DNA of 64,000 nucleotides from Octopus vulgaris (lineage: Eukaryota): contig OX597832.1 of assembly GCA_951406725.2 (NCBI GenBank), positions 27,528,001 through 27,592,000 of the forward strand, given 5' to 3'. The translations under genes and the position numbers were made by a program. This document shows positions 15,350 to 30,579 of this stretch, piece by piece (positions within the stretch are counted from its first letter, which is position 1; the number at the start of each line of letters is the position of its first letter). Under the pieces are notes generated by a model. That model worked only from the letters and a program-made list of their open reading frames with translations. It had not been told where the DNA came from and did not search any database.

Positions 15350-15650
15350 CATATATATATTTATTTAATTATGTATATATTGACAAGTATAAATGTCAAT
15401 CATGGTATATAGATATATGTCAATTCGTTTCAATGAATATGTGTGTATATTTTATATATATATATATATATAATATGCATATATAATATATAATAAATTA
15501 TTTATATATATGCATAATATATATATATATATATATATATAATATACATAATAAATACATATACATAATTATAATACACATATATATATATATATATTTT
15601 GTATATATATGTAATATATTTATATATAATATATATATGCTATCATATGC

Positions 15651-15690
<40 letters not shown>

Positions 15691-15917
15691 CTTTATTTTA
15701 AGCAGCAGAAAATTCAACAAAATCTGTTACTCTGAGTTTCTCGTTGCCGTTCATCAGACAGTTTTTGCTAGCAAAAACTGTCTGATGAACGGCAACGAGA
15801 AACTCAGAGTAACAGATTTTGTTGAATTTTCTGCTGCTTAAAATAAAGCATATTACTCTACCACTGGTATTTGAGTACTCTTTTTTCCACCTTGTTTCAC
15901 ATTTATGTGTTTACTCC

Positions 15918-15920
<3 letters not shown>
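15691..15920. mobile_element. Palindromic hammerhead-bearing element (probably derived from a Penelope-like pseudo-LTR), copy 1
   Basis: Perfect 158 bp palindrome at 15691-15848 centred on GCTAGC, then a ~70 bp tail; embedded in (TA)n; AATAAA at 15842-15847; second copy at 57993-58218. Confidence 0.8.
15772..15821 (+). ncRNA. Putative type I hammerhead ribozyme (mirror copy on - strand at 15718-15767)
   Basis: CAAAAACTGT-CTGATGA-A-CG-GCAA-CG-A-GAA-ACTC-A-GAGT-A|ACAGATTTTG. Stem I pairs 9 of 10 bp, CUGAUGA and GAAA cores are present, stem II has a GNRA loop, stem III is near-palindromic, and the cleavage triplet is GUA. The 10.1-11.1 position is a non-canonical A-A. Confidence 0.7.
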
Positions 15921-15983
<63 letters not shown>

Positions 15984-16431
15984 ATATATCACATGTGTGT
16001 ATGTGTGTGCGTGTGTTTATAAACTTCACATTTAGCCTAGAGGGTTTAAAACACGCTAATGAACGCTACAGAATATTCGGTTATTGAACCATCCTTGACC
16101 AAAATTTGCTGTCGGCACAATATTAACCATTCTGAAACCTCTGTAAATTTCTCCTGAAAAACGTATTTCTCCATTCTAAATTCTTCGACGGTTTTCGGTA
16201 ATTCGAGACACTTGAAAAACGTCTTCAGAATCTTGTCGTTTCCATGACAATAACCTTTTCTGTTTCGAGCATCGCCAGTACAAACTCAACAGCATCAACA
16301 ACGCCGACAAGCGATGACGACGACGACGACGATGATGATGATGATTATGATGATGATGATGATTATGATGATGATGATGATCATGGTGATGATGATGTTG
16401 ATGATGATGATCATGATGATGATGATCATGG

Positions 16432-16465
<34 letters not shown>

Positions 16466-17279
16466 AATGATGATTACAGCGACCACGACAGTCATGATGA
16501 GGATGCTACTGCTGTTGATGACGGTTATGGTGATGGCTAGTTTTGCCTTGCCATAAAGATATTTTTGTATTTTGGGTTCAAATTCTTTCAGGCTGTTTTT
16601 GTTTTTCTTTAATGAGCAAGAGAAGATGCGCAGAAGATTCGGATGGAACCACATTTATTACAGCTTCCTCTGTTGCTTGCGATATTTGGGCCCACTCATA
16701 CGGTAGGTTGTAACAGTGACCACCGAACGAACAATCCGGAAAGAAATCTGGCTTTCGAGTAATTTCACACAAAGGTAATAATAGCAATAACAATGGTGAT
16801 GATAATGAGGAGGAGCAAGAGGAGGAAGAGGAGGAGGGTTTCTTCTATTTGTCTCAAGCATATAAGATGAGGTGGGGGCGGAAATCGCAAGGACATGTTA
16901 CTATCAGTGTGGTGGTGGGGTTACATAAAAACGTGGGAAAAGAAAGAGGGGCCTGGGAAAATGAGATAAAGAAGACATGGTAGGCAGAATATATGAGCAG
17001 ATGGATGATGCGGTCCACCTGATACAGGAGAGCTTCCAACTCCGATCAGTCAAAGAAACCCACGTATTCGGGATGGGATTAACATGGCTACCTAGGGCAA
17101 AAGCCCTCACTCAACTGTTGATTCTCCAAATCTGTAGGTGCATGCGTAGAGTAGGTCTATTCCGCATAACCATTTCTGCCACAATCACACACATTTTGGA
17201 AAAACTCGCTGGAGTGCGGGGGAGAAGCACTTCCATCTCCACCCTCAGTTTTGAAACAGTTGTAATAATAATGATGATG

Positions 17280-17351
<72 letters not shown>

Positions 17352-17355
17352 TTTA

Positions 17356-17597
17356 TAATAAAGTACGAAATAGCTCGACTATGGAAAACTGAAGGTGAAG
17401 ATAGTGCCAATTATTGTTGGATCCTTGAAGACAGTATCAGAAGGCATCAAGGGGAATATAAAGGAAATTAGAACAGGGTGCCCACCAGTAGAACTGTTAC
17501 AAAAGGTTTGCTTCCTTGGCATGGCCAGAATAATCAGGAAAGTATTAGATAGCTGAAAAGAACAAATAGCAAGAGTTACAACAAAACCCGAGTTAAC

Positions 17598-17674
<77 letters not shown>

Positions 17675-18300
17675 GCTGCTTGGAACCGCTCCAATACTCC
17701 GGATGGTGCTCGAAAAATAAGGGGTGTTACCTTAGTTTGCTTGGTGAACAGCTGGCACCGTAGTACATCTCCAGCGTTAGAAGCTGTGAAAAGACAATAA
17801 ATAATAATGATGATGATGCTGATGATGATGATGATGATGATGATGTTGATGATGATGATGATGATGATGATAATTTCATTTGTTGGTCACAATGTCGATA
17901 GTTCAAGGAGTGATTAGAGAGATGGAGAACATACATTACCCAGTCAACAGCCAAGGTCCTTGCAGACATGCAGCCTTATATGCAGTTCATAGCATTGCAA
18001 AGCACTGCACACATATGCAGAGTACTGTCAATATACAATAGTAAATAGAAAACTTAAAAACCAGTATACAGTAACCAAAGTAGATTGAATGGTAGAACAG
18101 TGGAAGCAAAAAATATAATAATAATAATAATAATGATTTTTTTTAGATATTCACTAGTACAACACGAAATACAAAACCAAATATATGGCACACTAGGCAT
18201 AACAACAACGTGAACTTCCAACCTGTTGTCTTTTGAGGTCTCTGGGTGAGACTTGGAGCCAACTTGTACAAATATAAAGCAAACGTCAAACATAGAATAA
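17356..18300 (+). mobile_element. Series of short 3' fragments of R4/Dong-type (RLE) non-LTR retrotransposons separated by (TAA)n/(TGA)n
   Basis: Frameshifted KYEIARLWK..KVKIVPIIVGSL...VELLQKVCFLGMARIIRKVLDS* at 17356-17555 and LLGTAPILRMVLEK* at 17675-17720 are typical RLE-LINE C-termini; each fragment ends in a TAA-type tail. Confidence 0.75.
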
Positions 18301-18301
18301 C

Positions 18302-18366
<65 letters not shown>

Positions 18367-18459
18367 CAACAACAACAACAACAACAACAATAATGATGAT
18401 AATGATTATGATAAGGGTTTACGTGGTCAATTCAAGCAACGAACTGAGGATGTTGTAAG

Positions 18460-19207
<748 letters not shown>

Positions 19208-19790
19208 TGATGCAGTGCTAGGCAGTGGTTCTCATGGCTTCTGATCTTAACTGATTGGAAGTGTTATCATGTACATTGTTTTGTCTTGGTATAAAAGATG
19301 GGCTACAGCAAATATTCTGCTCAATACCACAAATTTGCTTGTCAGTTGTTTGACCTTAACCAGTTGAGCATGTCCCTTAGTGGCTGACGATATGTGCATC
19401 TCTGATCACGAGTAGAAGTAGTGGGGGAGCATCATAGCCATGTGTTGAGAGGGATTCTTTGAATAATTCACCTTTGGAAACATGGGTGGTTCGTTCAACA
19501 TCCTTAAACAACCCTTATTCAGGGACCTTTTGAGTGGGATGAGCTACTCGACCTGAAGAAAATTCTAGTTGGGCCCCACCTGCAAGGTCATGCGCTGTTT
19601 ATCGTGATATGAGATCACCATGTGGCACAAATATGGTTATAATGCATGTACCTGTCGTACCCTTATCAGTTGGGTAGTCATGATGGGTATATTGGGCTTT
19701 ATATATTTTACTCCAGTGTCACTTTGATGACATGCGCTGCTCTCTCAATCAATAATAATAATGATAATAATAATAATAATAATAATAATA
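19208..19790 (+). mobile_element. Probable 3' UTR/terminal fragment of an RLE LINE, ending in (AAT)n
   Basis: Its first ~145 bp recur inverted at 48850-48996, next to R4 RT sequence; inserted in and tailed by (TAA)n. Confidence 0.6.
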
Positions 19791-20755
19791 ATGTGTTTCT
19801 ATGGTCATTTCTGGGATGCTTGCTTCGTATATCTGCCTCCTCTGAGCTGATCTAAGGTTAAAAAATAACTGCCACAGTTTCTAATCGTTTCCCTGATAAA
19901 GAGAAAAAAGTAACTGCAAACGACAATATTCGTTTACGCCATCAAATTGCGAGCGACACCTAGCGATTATCTTGTGAAGCTTTATGTTATTATCATGGAG
20001 TTTTTCATCCGGTACAGAAAGCCATCTTCCCATTGCTTCACCTCCAGTATTTTTTTAAGACACCATCTTGTTTACATTCCGGCCAAAGTTTACGATGTAT
20101 GTTTGAAGATTCTGCGCATCAAAGAAACTAAAACAAACACTACAAGACATTTCATCCAATACGCTAGCATTCCCGCCAATTTGCCTCTCTCGCCTGGCGT
20201 ATTTTAATGACTCCGGAAGGCTGAGAGGTGAAACTGACTTCGTCAGGATTTGAACTTGGAAAGTAAGTAATCGGAGCAAATGCTGCAAGATATCTTGTCT
20301 AAGATATGACAATTCCACCAATTCACCGCATTGTTTGGTCAAAGAAACGTAACAAAATCCAAATTGGTCGTCATCAAAAGTGACAGGTGTGACAGGTGAC
20401 AGTCAATAATATTCTTGTTTTAGAATAATAAATATAATAAATTTGTATTCTACGTAAGTATAAAGTAATCTCTAAAGATTAAATTTAAATTGTTTTTAGT
20501 ATAACTGAACATAAAAGCAAACATTAATTATATATATATATAATTTTGTCCCCTCTATGCTTTGTCCCTTGTGGGCAATAAAGAAATTGCTTTCAGTTTC
20601 TAAACGTTACCAAAATATAGGAAAGCAACGTTCTATACACTAGACCTGAAAACTCTGGGCGATTTATTCCACTTCCAGCCTATTCACATCGACGTCTGAT
20701 TTTCTTGTCTTGGAGTAAATAAATAAAACAACTCAGTAACAATTGAAGAAATATG

Positions 20756-20922
20756 AAGAAGAAGAAGAAGAAGAAGAAGAAGAAGAAGAAGAAGAAGAAG
20801 AAGAAGAAGAAGAAGAAGAAGAAGAAGAAGAAGAAGAAGAAGAAGAAGAAGAAGAAGAAGAAGAAGAAGAAGAAGAAGAAGAAGAAGAAGAAGAAGAAGA
20901 AGAAGAAGAAGAAGAAGAAGAA
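20756..20922. repeat. Pure (GAA)n tract, about 55 units
   Basis: Directly visible; similar (TTC)n tracts at 42298-42400, 44685-44925 and 48998-49137. Confidence 0.95.
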
Positions 20923-21172
20923 ACTGCAAACGAAAGGAAGAAGCTGTCTAAATTAATGTAATAAAGATTTTAAATTAGTTAAAATTATCAACACCAAACA
21001 TTTAATGGCGCCTGAAATGTGTGACTGTGTGACAACGTTAGAAATGATTATCGTCGTAAAGGTGGCATAGCTAAACCATAAGACCTAGTCTTCAGTAACA
21101 GCTTTAGAGGGGTCATCTTAGCATAACAGGATAGGCGTGTATAACAGATACGAGGGGGAGAACAGATATTAT

Positions 21173-21404
21173 GGCGGCAAGCTGGCAGAAACGTTAGCAC
21201 GCCGGACGAAATGCGTATCCGTATTTCGTCTACCGTTACGTTCTGAGTTCAAATTCCGCCGAGGTCGACTTTGCCTTTCATCCTTGCGGGGTCGATAAAT
21301 TAAGTACCAGTTACGCACTGGCGTCGATGTAATCGACTTAAGCCGTTTGTCAGTCCTTGTTTGTCCTCTCTGTGTTTAGCCCCTTGTGGGTAGTAAAGAA
21401 ATAG
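21173..21404 (+). mobile_element. SINE family B, full length
   Basis: Head, B-box, central block and gtgggtagtaaagaaatag tail. Confidence 0.88.
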
Positions 21405-22105
21405 ATATGAGGGGAGAAAAAGAGAGAGAGAGAGAGAGCGAAGACTATGGAGGAAAGAAAGAGAGGGAAATGCGAGAAAGATCTAGTAAGATAAAGAAGG
21501 AGAGACATAAGAAGTCCGTTCGGTGTTTGTTGCGATTATGCATTGCTAAGAAGAATAATGAATAATGTTTGGAAAGATAGATACACCCATGAAGATTAAC
21601 AGTGACTAAGCGGATTTTCTAAATTCAGACATTAAAAAAAAGTATATAAAGGAGAATAGAGAATAGAAGTTAAGGTTGTAAGATGTAAAACCGAAACCCA
21701 CGGGCTGCTTCAAGCGACAGCCGATGGCCCTTTATGTTGTTCAATCAGCTGAAACCATTAGGGAGAAACTTTAAGGTCCCATCTATAGTAATAAAATGTT
21801 TTTTTCCAATTGGTTTTGATGGAATGGGGAAAAGGGTTTTCATTCTATCATTGACCGACTGAAAGGACAGGTTATCATGAGTTTAAACCGCGTTTAATAA
21901 TAAAACAAATTAATTAATTAATAATTAATAATTAATTAGTTAATTAATTAATATTTAATTAATTAATTAATTAATTAGCTAATAAATTAATCATGGTTTC
22001 ATTTATTTGCCACCACGGCGAAGGATGAGGGCTACAATACAAAGACAGACTCAAGGAGTGGGATGTTAATAATAATAATAATAACAACAACAATAATAAT
22101 AATAC

Positions 22106-22173
<68 letters not shown>

Positions 22174-22214
22174 ATAATAATAATGATAATAAGTAGTAGT
22201 AGTAGTAGTAGTAG

Positions 22215-22256
<42 letters not shown>

Positions 22257-22814
22257 TATAATAATAAATTATCGAAATAAAACATTAATTCCTACGCAAA
22301 AGCAACTCACCAACACTAATCTGAATACGGTGAGTAAAAAAATATTCGCATGGGGATGTAAATATTTAAAAAAAAATTTTACTCCCAAAAGGAAACGATG
22401 TAAGGAACAATACTGAAAAGAAAAGAAAAAAATAGCTGATTATGGTGATGATTTGATGGTTATTTCAAGATTGTCGGAATATAGATGATGGTAAAATTAT
22501 ATAAATTCTGCAGTAAAAGAACGAGGAATTATCCGAACCTGTAATACTTGGAGCACAATGCCGTCACTCTTTGGTTACATCTTCTGGCTTTGGAACCGAA
22601 TTTCAGATTCTCTACAGATGTCAAAGAATTCGTGAGGAATTTGTACAGACGTCATCACTTTGGAAGAATTTATCGAAACAAGGATTTCCGTTCTTAATTC
22701 TGTTCAATTTCTTCTGGAAGATTAACTTATTCTGCTATTTGCTTAAAACTTTTCACCTTTTCATGATCGATTAGATAAAGTACCAGTCAAGTTCTTTGAT
22801 CAATGTGATCAATT

Positions 22815-23071
22815 GCGTGTTGGCACTCCGTCGGTTACGACGACGAGGGTTCCAGTTGATCCGATCAACGGAACAGCCTGCTCGAAAGATAGAGTGAGAG
22901 AAAGTTGTAGTGAAAGAGTACAGCAGGGTTCGCCATCACCCCCTGCCGGAGCGTCGTGGCGCTTTAGGTGTTTTTGCTCAATAACCACTCATAACGCCCG
23001 GTCTGGGAATCGAAACCGCGGTCCTACGAACGCGAGTCCGCTGCCCTAACCAGTGGGCCATTGCGCCTCCA
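22815..23071 (-). mobile_element. SINE family C with internal deletion and target-site duplication
   Basis: Reverse complement of the head and tail of 9341-9697; flanked by CAATGTGATCAATT (22801-22814) and CAATGTAATCAATT (23072-23085). Confidence 0.85.
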
Positions 23072-23544
23072 CAATGTAATCAATTATACATATACCAAAC
23101 ACAAAATCGATCTCGGTTGTCTTCCATATTTGGTAAAACCATAATCCGCCATTGAATTACCCCCAAAACACCCACAAACATATCTTCTCGTGACAAAAAT
23201 AAAAAGGGCAAAACGATTTTCATACAATGAAGAATCCAATGAATGCTGCTGTTGTGTTGTTCATGCCTTTCCTAGTGTGTGTAAAAGTGTGAGTCAAGGA
23301 GAGCGGATGCTTCTGAATTCGCCATGCGTTCACTTGAACTGCCTCTCCGGGAGCTTAAATCAACTCGTAACATCTATATAACTAAATACGCTTCAACGGT
23401 ATAATTCGAAACAAACGGTCCGAATGGATTATTTATTTATTTATTTATTTGCTCATTGACAAAATATTATTTCACTCCGTCCATTCTTGACATTACTAGT
23501 AATAAAAACACATATATCTGTACTTATATGGAAGTACGTACATG

Positions 23545-23550
23545 TACACA

Positions 23551-23609
<59 letters not shown>

Positions 23610-23778
23610 ATACACACACGCACACACGCACACACACATATATATATGCTTAAATTTATAAATATATATATATATGTATGTGTGTGTATGTATGTATGTA
23701 TGTATGTATGTATGTATGTATGTATGTATGTATGTATGTATGTATGTATATATGTATGTTTGTATGTATGTATGTATG

Positions 23779-23850
<72 letters not shown>

Positions 23851-23912
23851 TGTATGTATGTATGTATGTATGTATGTATGTATGTATGTATGTATGTATG
23901 TATGTATGTATG

Positions 23913-23946
<34 letters not shown>

Positions 23947-24170
23947 TGTTTGTATGTATGTATGTATGTATGTATGTATGTATGTTTGTATGTATGTATG
24001 TATGTTTGTATGTATGTTTGTATGTATGTATGTATGTATGTATGTTTGTATGTATGTATGTATGTATGTATGTATGTATGTATGTATGTATGTATGTATG
24101 TATGTATGTATGTATGTATGTATGTATGTATGTTTGTATGTATGTTTGTATGTATGTATGTGTATATGTG
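23545..24170. repeat. (CA)n and long (TATG)n microsatellites
   Basis: Directly visible. Confidence 0.95.
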
Positions 24171-24837
24171 CATATCCATTATAGCACTGAAGTGGAATTG
24201 GCTTCTGTTGTTATTCGGAGTCTCGCGATTCTTCGCTGATTCTGTAACCGAAATCTGTAACACGAGCTACAGCGTTATTATCGGAAATATTCTGGATGTA
24301 GACACGGCCTTTGATGAGTCAAAATGGCTTCTCTCTATAGTAATGAAAAATTATAATGAACCAACATGTATGACTATGAATAAAAAATAATGATAAATAA
24401 GAAATGAATAAACTGATTTTCATATAGAAACATAAAAACAATAATAAAACGAATAGATGATAGAGCGACAATGCACAAAGTACATAAGAAGGACATATCG
24501 ATGAGTACAAAGGCTGAAACGAAAGAAATTTGAAAAACTAATTAACAAATTATTCATTTATGTAACTAACTGTTGTTAAACTGAAGTGCAATGCAACCAA
24601 TGCGTGTATTTTCTTGAGAGAATGATACATCAAATATAAAAGAATATCCGTTTGAGTAAGCGTTTTTGTAACAAGACCTTTACAAAATAAAATAAAGAAA
24701 CAAAACATACATGCATACGCGCTTATGCACACTACACACACACACACACACATGCACTCATACGTATATATGTATGTGTATATGTATGTATATATGTATG
24801 TATATACATATATATATATATGTGTGTGTGTATACAT

Positions 24838-24871
<34 letters not shown>

Positions 24872-25441
24872 GTGTGTGTGTGTGTGTATGTATGTATATA
24901 TATGTATGAATATATGTGTGTATATATATATATAAACACCATGCAGTTTATACCATTTGTTCACTACGCACGTTTCAACATTGTTGCAGTCTGCATCCTC
25001 TGTAATGGATGCTCATAGCGCATTTTGGATGTTGATCCTTAACAGTTCTTCAAAAAACACTTTATGCACACACACACACATACACGGGGAAGGTAATAAC
25101 CTCTATACTTTGTGACTATTGTTGTCGCAAACGTTTCACTTCGAACGCAATGCTCCAGAGTAGATATCACATGGGAACATGTCCGATGCTGTATCACTTT
25201 CCGCCTATACCTATATCTATGTATATGTCGGTCTATCTGACTCTCAGTCCGTCTGTTTATCTACCTGCCTATTCATCTGTCTATCTGTCCATCTATCTAC
25301 CTATCTGTACATATATATGTTTGTGTGTGTGTGTGTGTGTGTCTATACATATACATAAATATTTAAACGAACATATATGTATGACTGTATATACGCATGC
25401 ATGTATATGTGTTTGTGCGTGTGTGTGTTTATATATGTGTA

Positions 25442-25483
<42 letters not shown>

Positions 25484-26027
25484 TGTGTTTATATGCATGA
25501 TTGAGTCTACTCAAGAATTAAGCCATTCACATGTACGTTCATGCCATAAACGAATAGAGGGGAAAATGCAAGTAGTTCAGAAACTGTACCAAATTCTTAG
25601 ACGTCTTCCTCACCGTAATTACAACGACAGCAACAACAAATACTAGTGCTTCATTTGTCTGATACTCCGATTTTGATTTTCTGCGAGATGTTTCTTAGCG
25701 TCCTCTCGTAGACTCCGTAGTATTTCCAGGCATATACCTCCAGTTGTTCTGTATGATGCTCCTTGATATTTCGTGCAATTATACATATTCGCTTTTTTCC
25801 TTGTCGTGCTGTACTCCTAGATGTTCTGTGAGATATACTCTTCAACGTTCTACGAGATACTCCTTGGTGCTCTGTCGTATACTCTTTGTTGTTTCGTGGG
25901 ATATACTCCTGTGTATACACTTTGATATATTCACTAATTTTCTGTGGTTTATACACCCGAGAGTTTTGCGGAATATATGTTGCATTTCTTTTCTTTTCTG
26001 TAGCATACTCATTGGTGTTTAGTAGAC

Positions 26028-26419
26028 CAGTGTTTCTCAAAGTGAGCAGTACTGGGGACGGTGGAAGAACCAAGGGTGGGGGAATTGAAGAAAAGTGGGA
26101 TGGTAATGGGGTGGTCAAAATGGGGTGATAGATGTAAAAAAATATCAATAGGTTAATTAGGGTTAGGGTTAAGTTTATTTGTGAAATACAGTTGTTTTGA
26201 ATTTGAAAAAGTGATCTATATTTGTGGTGGAGAGGGTGAGGGGCACTAGAAATGTAGCCTGGATGCCAAGGGGGCAGCAGTCTGGATGCCAAGGGGGCGG
26301 CAGTCTGGATGCCAAGGGGGCGACAGCCTGGATTCCAAGAAGGCAGTAGCCTGGATGCCAAGGGGGATGCAGCCTGGATGCCAAGGGGGCGGCAGCCTGG
26401 AAAGGTTTGGGAACTACTG
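26028..26419. mobile_element. hAT (Charlie-like) MITE containing a 23 bp minisatellite
   Basis: TIRs CAGTGTTTCTCAAA / TTTGGGAACTACTG; 8 bp TSD-like flanks TAGTAGAC / TAATAGAT; about 6.4 copies of GCAGYCTGGATGCCAAGGGGGCG at 26254-26400. Confidence 0.75.
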
Positions 26420-27363
26420 TAATAGATTATACTCCTGAGTGTTCTGTGCTATAGTCAGAGTATTCTATTGGCTATACTCGTTAGTGTCTCGTTTCCTTTT
26501 TGTATTTCTGAATAATCCATTGGTGACCAACACTTCTTGGCAATAACAGCGTCACTGGCAGCAACATCAACCTCGTCGGTTTCAGGGACTGCACCAACAA
26601 CAACAGCAACAATAACAAAACCAGCAACAGCAACAACAGGAACAACAACAGCAGTGTCGCCATCATTAGTATCAGTACATAAGTCATCATCATCATCATC
26701 ATCATCACCATCATCATCAACAACAACTGCACCTTTGAAAACAACATCTCAGCTAGGGTTACATAGACGTTTAACAACAACATAAACAATGGCACAATGA
26801 ACGGAAGCAACAACAGCGCCACCATAAATTAAAATAGTGACGTCAGCGGAAGAAATCACAACAAAAAAAACAACATCAGCAATAACAGACACACAGACAG
26901 ACAGGGATTCGGGGAGTCAAAAAGAGACACACGTGGAGACAGATTGGAAGAAAAAGAGACACGAAGACGTGCAAGGTGAGAAATAAAATCGAAACCACAA
27001 TGAGACTCAGTCAAAAGAGGGAGCCACTGTTTGCAAGGGAAATAGACAGTAGGATGATCAGAATAGTTGGTCATGTGATACCGAATATTCAAATCGAGGT
27101 TTACATGTTTTTTTAATAACCACGAAAATAATGTATAAAATTATACAAAAGAAATGAAGGAAGATGTACGTATATGTATATATATATATATGAATATATA
27201 TATATATATATACACACACACAGACATATACGTATATCGGTTCAAGTGGAATTTCAACACCTCAGCATGTTACATCCGTTTTCCCCCAACGCCGATTTCC
27301 ATCATAACAGCCATCTTGACAATAAATCATTTATATAAACATATATATAGAGATACATATGAA

Positions 27364-27466
<103 letters not shown>

Positions 27467-28066
27467 GTATGTATGTATGTATATGTATGTATATATCATG
27501 TAAGTATGTAGGTATATATATGTGCTGTAAATATATGAGATCATTTGTGCATTGCATGTATATGTGCGTGAACGTGTGCCAGTATAGCTAGTTAAATATG
27601 TGTGTATATAATTGTATATCGAAATACTTGGATATGAATCGATATATACACATTTATATGCGTTCGTATTTTTATGCATATATATATATATATATTTATG
27701 TAGACACATACACACACATATATATATATACATATATACAGATATGTGTATTAATACCAAAACGCATCCATGCATATACGCGTACACATAGAAACCTACT
27801 CATATATCTGCATATACATACATATATACATGAACGTATATATGTGTGTGTAAGTATATATATATATATATATATATGCACATATATATATCCATATATA
27901 TATGTGATTTTAGATCCATGTATATACTCATGTATATGTGTGTTTATATGATATATATATTTACACATACACATAATATATTTACGTATATATATATTAA
28001 TATATATATATATATACTTGCATACATATATATCATATATGCATGTAAATATATGTATATATTTAC

Positions 28067-28148
<82 letters not shown>

Positions 28149-28577
28149 TATATACATATATACACTTTTATCCGGAGTGAATATTGGTTATTCACTCGAT
28201 TCCATATATGTCTGGTTCCAATATTCAATGAAATCTACATTTACTTACCTGTATATTTAACTGTAATTCTTACCTGTATATTACTTGGATTTCAGCTCAG
28301 AATTTCAGCCAAAATCTTATGAAAGACATTTAAAAGACTTTAAAATTCTGCTGGAATAAATTAATTTCAAAAAAGTAGATGTTATTTTTTCTTTCCTTTA
28401 TTTCCATGAATGAATTACAGAAAATGTTTAAAATATATGTTTTCCACTTACCGTTTCCAGACTATTATTCTGCACTCAACGATGCACACTCAAGGGAATA
28501 GTCTTTAATCTTATTGTCTTAATTTATCTGAACGTGACTTATTTATCATCCAAAATGATAGTCATACATATACACAA

Positions 28578-28881
<304 letters not shown>

Positions 28882-29105
28882 TTAATAATTAGGGTTCAGC
28901 AAAGATTTGCTTTACCACATACCGAAGTTTAGAAATAGCAGCCAAAACCGTAGCTATTTCTTCTACTTTAAAAAGGGACTCCCAGAGAAACCAAAATACT
29001 TGGAAACAATCCACACAGGCAGAGGAAAGTAACGAAAATCAATCAATATCTGGCCATCCATCCATCCATCCATACATACATACATACATACATACACACA
29101 TATAT

Positions 29106-29317
29106 ATTTCTTTGCTGCCCACAAGGGGCTAAACATAGAGAGGACAAAACAAGGGCAGACAAAGTGATTAAGTCGATTGCATCGACCCCAGTGCGAAACT
29201 GGTACTTTATTTATTGACCCCGAAAGGATGAAAGGCAAAGTCGACCTCGGCGGAATTTGAACTCAGAACGTAACGACAGACGGAATACCGCTAAGCATTT
29301 CGCCCGGTGCGCTAACA
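29106..29317 (-). mobile_element. SINE family B
   Basis: Reverse complement of the family B consensus. Confidence 0.85.
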
Positions 29318-29798
29318 TATACATATACATATATATATGCATATATGGGTATAGGATGTCATACCAACAGTAAACAACATGAAATACGAAAACAAATAGG
29401 TTCATTACGCAAACAACGAGAGAAACAAATGGAAAACAGGACGAGTAACATAAAGAACGACCCTTCATCAGTTGTCGGCTGTCTATCTACTCCTCATTTC
29501 GAGCGTTGAACGACAATATGAGTCTTCGAAGACAGTTGCTCCCATAAGTACCAAAATAAAATTTGGGATTTATGGAGGGGGTCAAAGTTGGGAAGAAAAA
29601 CAGGATAGTGGAGACATACAAGGAAACCGAGTGAAGACAAACATGGAGGGTTGTTAGACCAGAACGAGGGTAAAATAGCGAACGCTGGAGAAATATTTTC
29701 TTTGGCAAGAGAAAAGAGAGAAGAGAGGGAATGGCGAATAAATAATACAAAGGAATTTCAAATTTCCTGCTTTATATAGACATATATATAATTATATG

Positions 29799-29911
<113 letters not shown>

Positions 29912-30124
29912 ATAAATTACCAAAGGCTATAGAAGGAAACTTTACAAATATTCTAAATCCGAAACTAAATCGGAAATAGTCAACGATGCTACTGAAAAGC
30001 AACACAATCTGTACAGATTGCCTCATAACACTTGTATTGGAAAAAATGTAAGCAGCGAAAGTGTATGCAAAACACACACAAACACACACACACACACACA
30101 CACACAGATAGATAGATAGATAGG

Positions 30125-30188
<64 letters not shown>

Positions 30189-30579
30189 CTGATTGATTGA
30201 TACACAGAAAGACTGACAGATAGATAGAAAGATATACATATTATGTGTGTTAGCGTACTGCGTTTCACGGAGGAGGCCTAATAAGACCGAAACATCACCC
30301 AAATGTATCACACTACACCTTCCAGAATCAGATTCCTGCAGTTCACAAACTTGTTATCTCTCCATTTAATTTTTGGGGGTCACTGAGATCACAGAGTTGT
30401 CTCCCATTTCTTTTTTGAGAATGATTTTTCATTAACGCTCAAGATTTTCTTTTATACTGCGATTTTAATTTCAATACATTAGAAACCATTTTTGACCCTC
30501 AACATCGAGAATGATAGACTGTCCTTAACCATTTGTCCTTCGTGTATTGTGTACAAGACATTTACACTTTTTTTTTTTA

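Noticed and set aside
26157-26168. Telomeric TTAGGG repeats
   Set aside because: Only two units, inside a MITE; not a telomere remnant.
26254-26400. Regular 23 bp repeats resembling a CRISPR array
   Set aside because: Head-to-tail units with no unique spacers, no cas genes, eukaryotic context.
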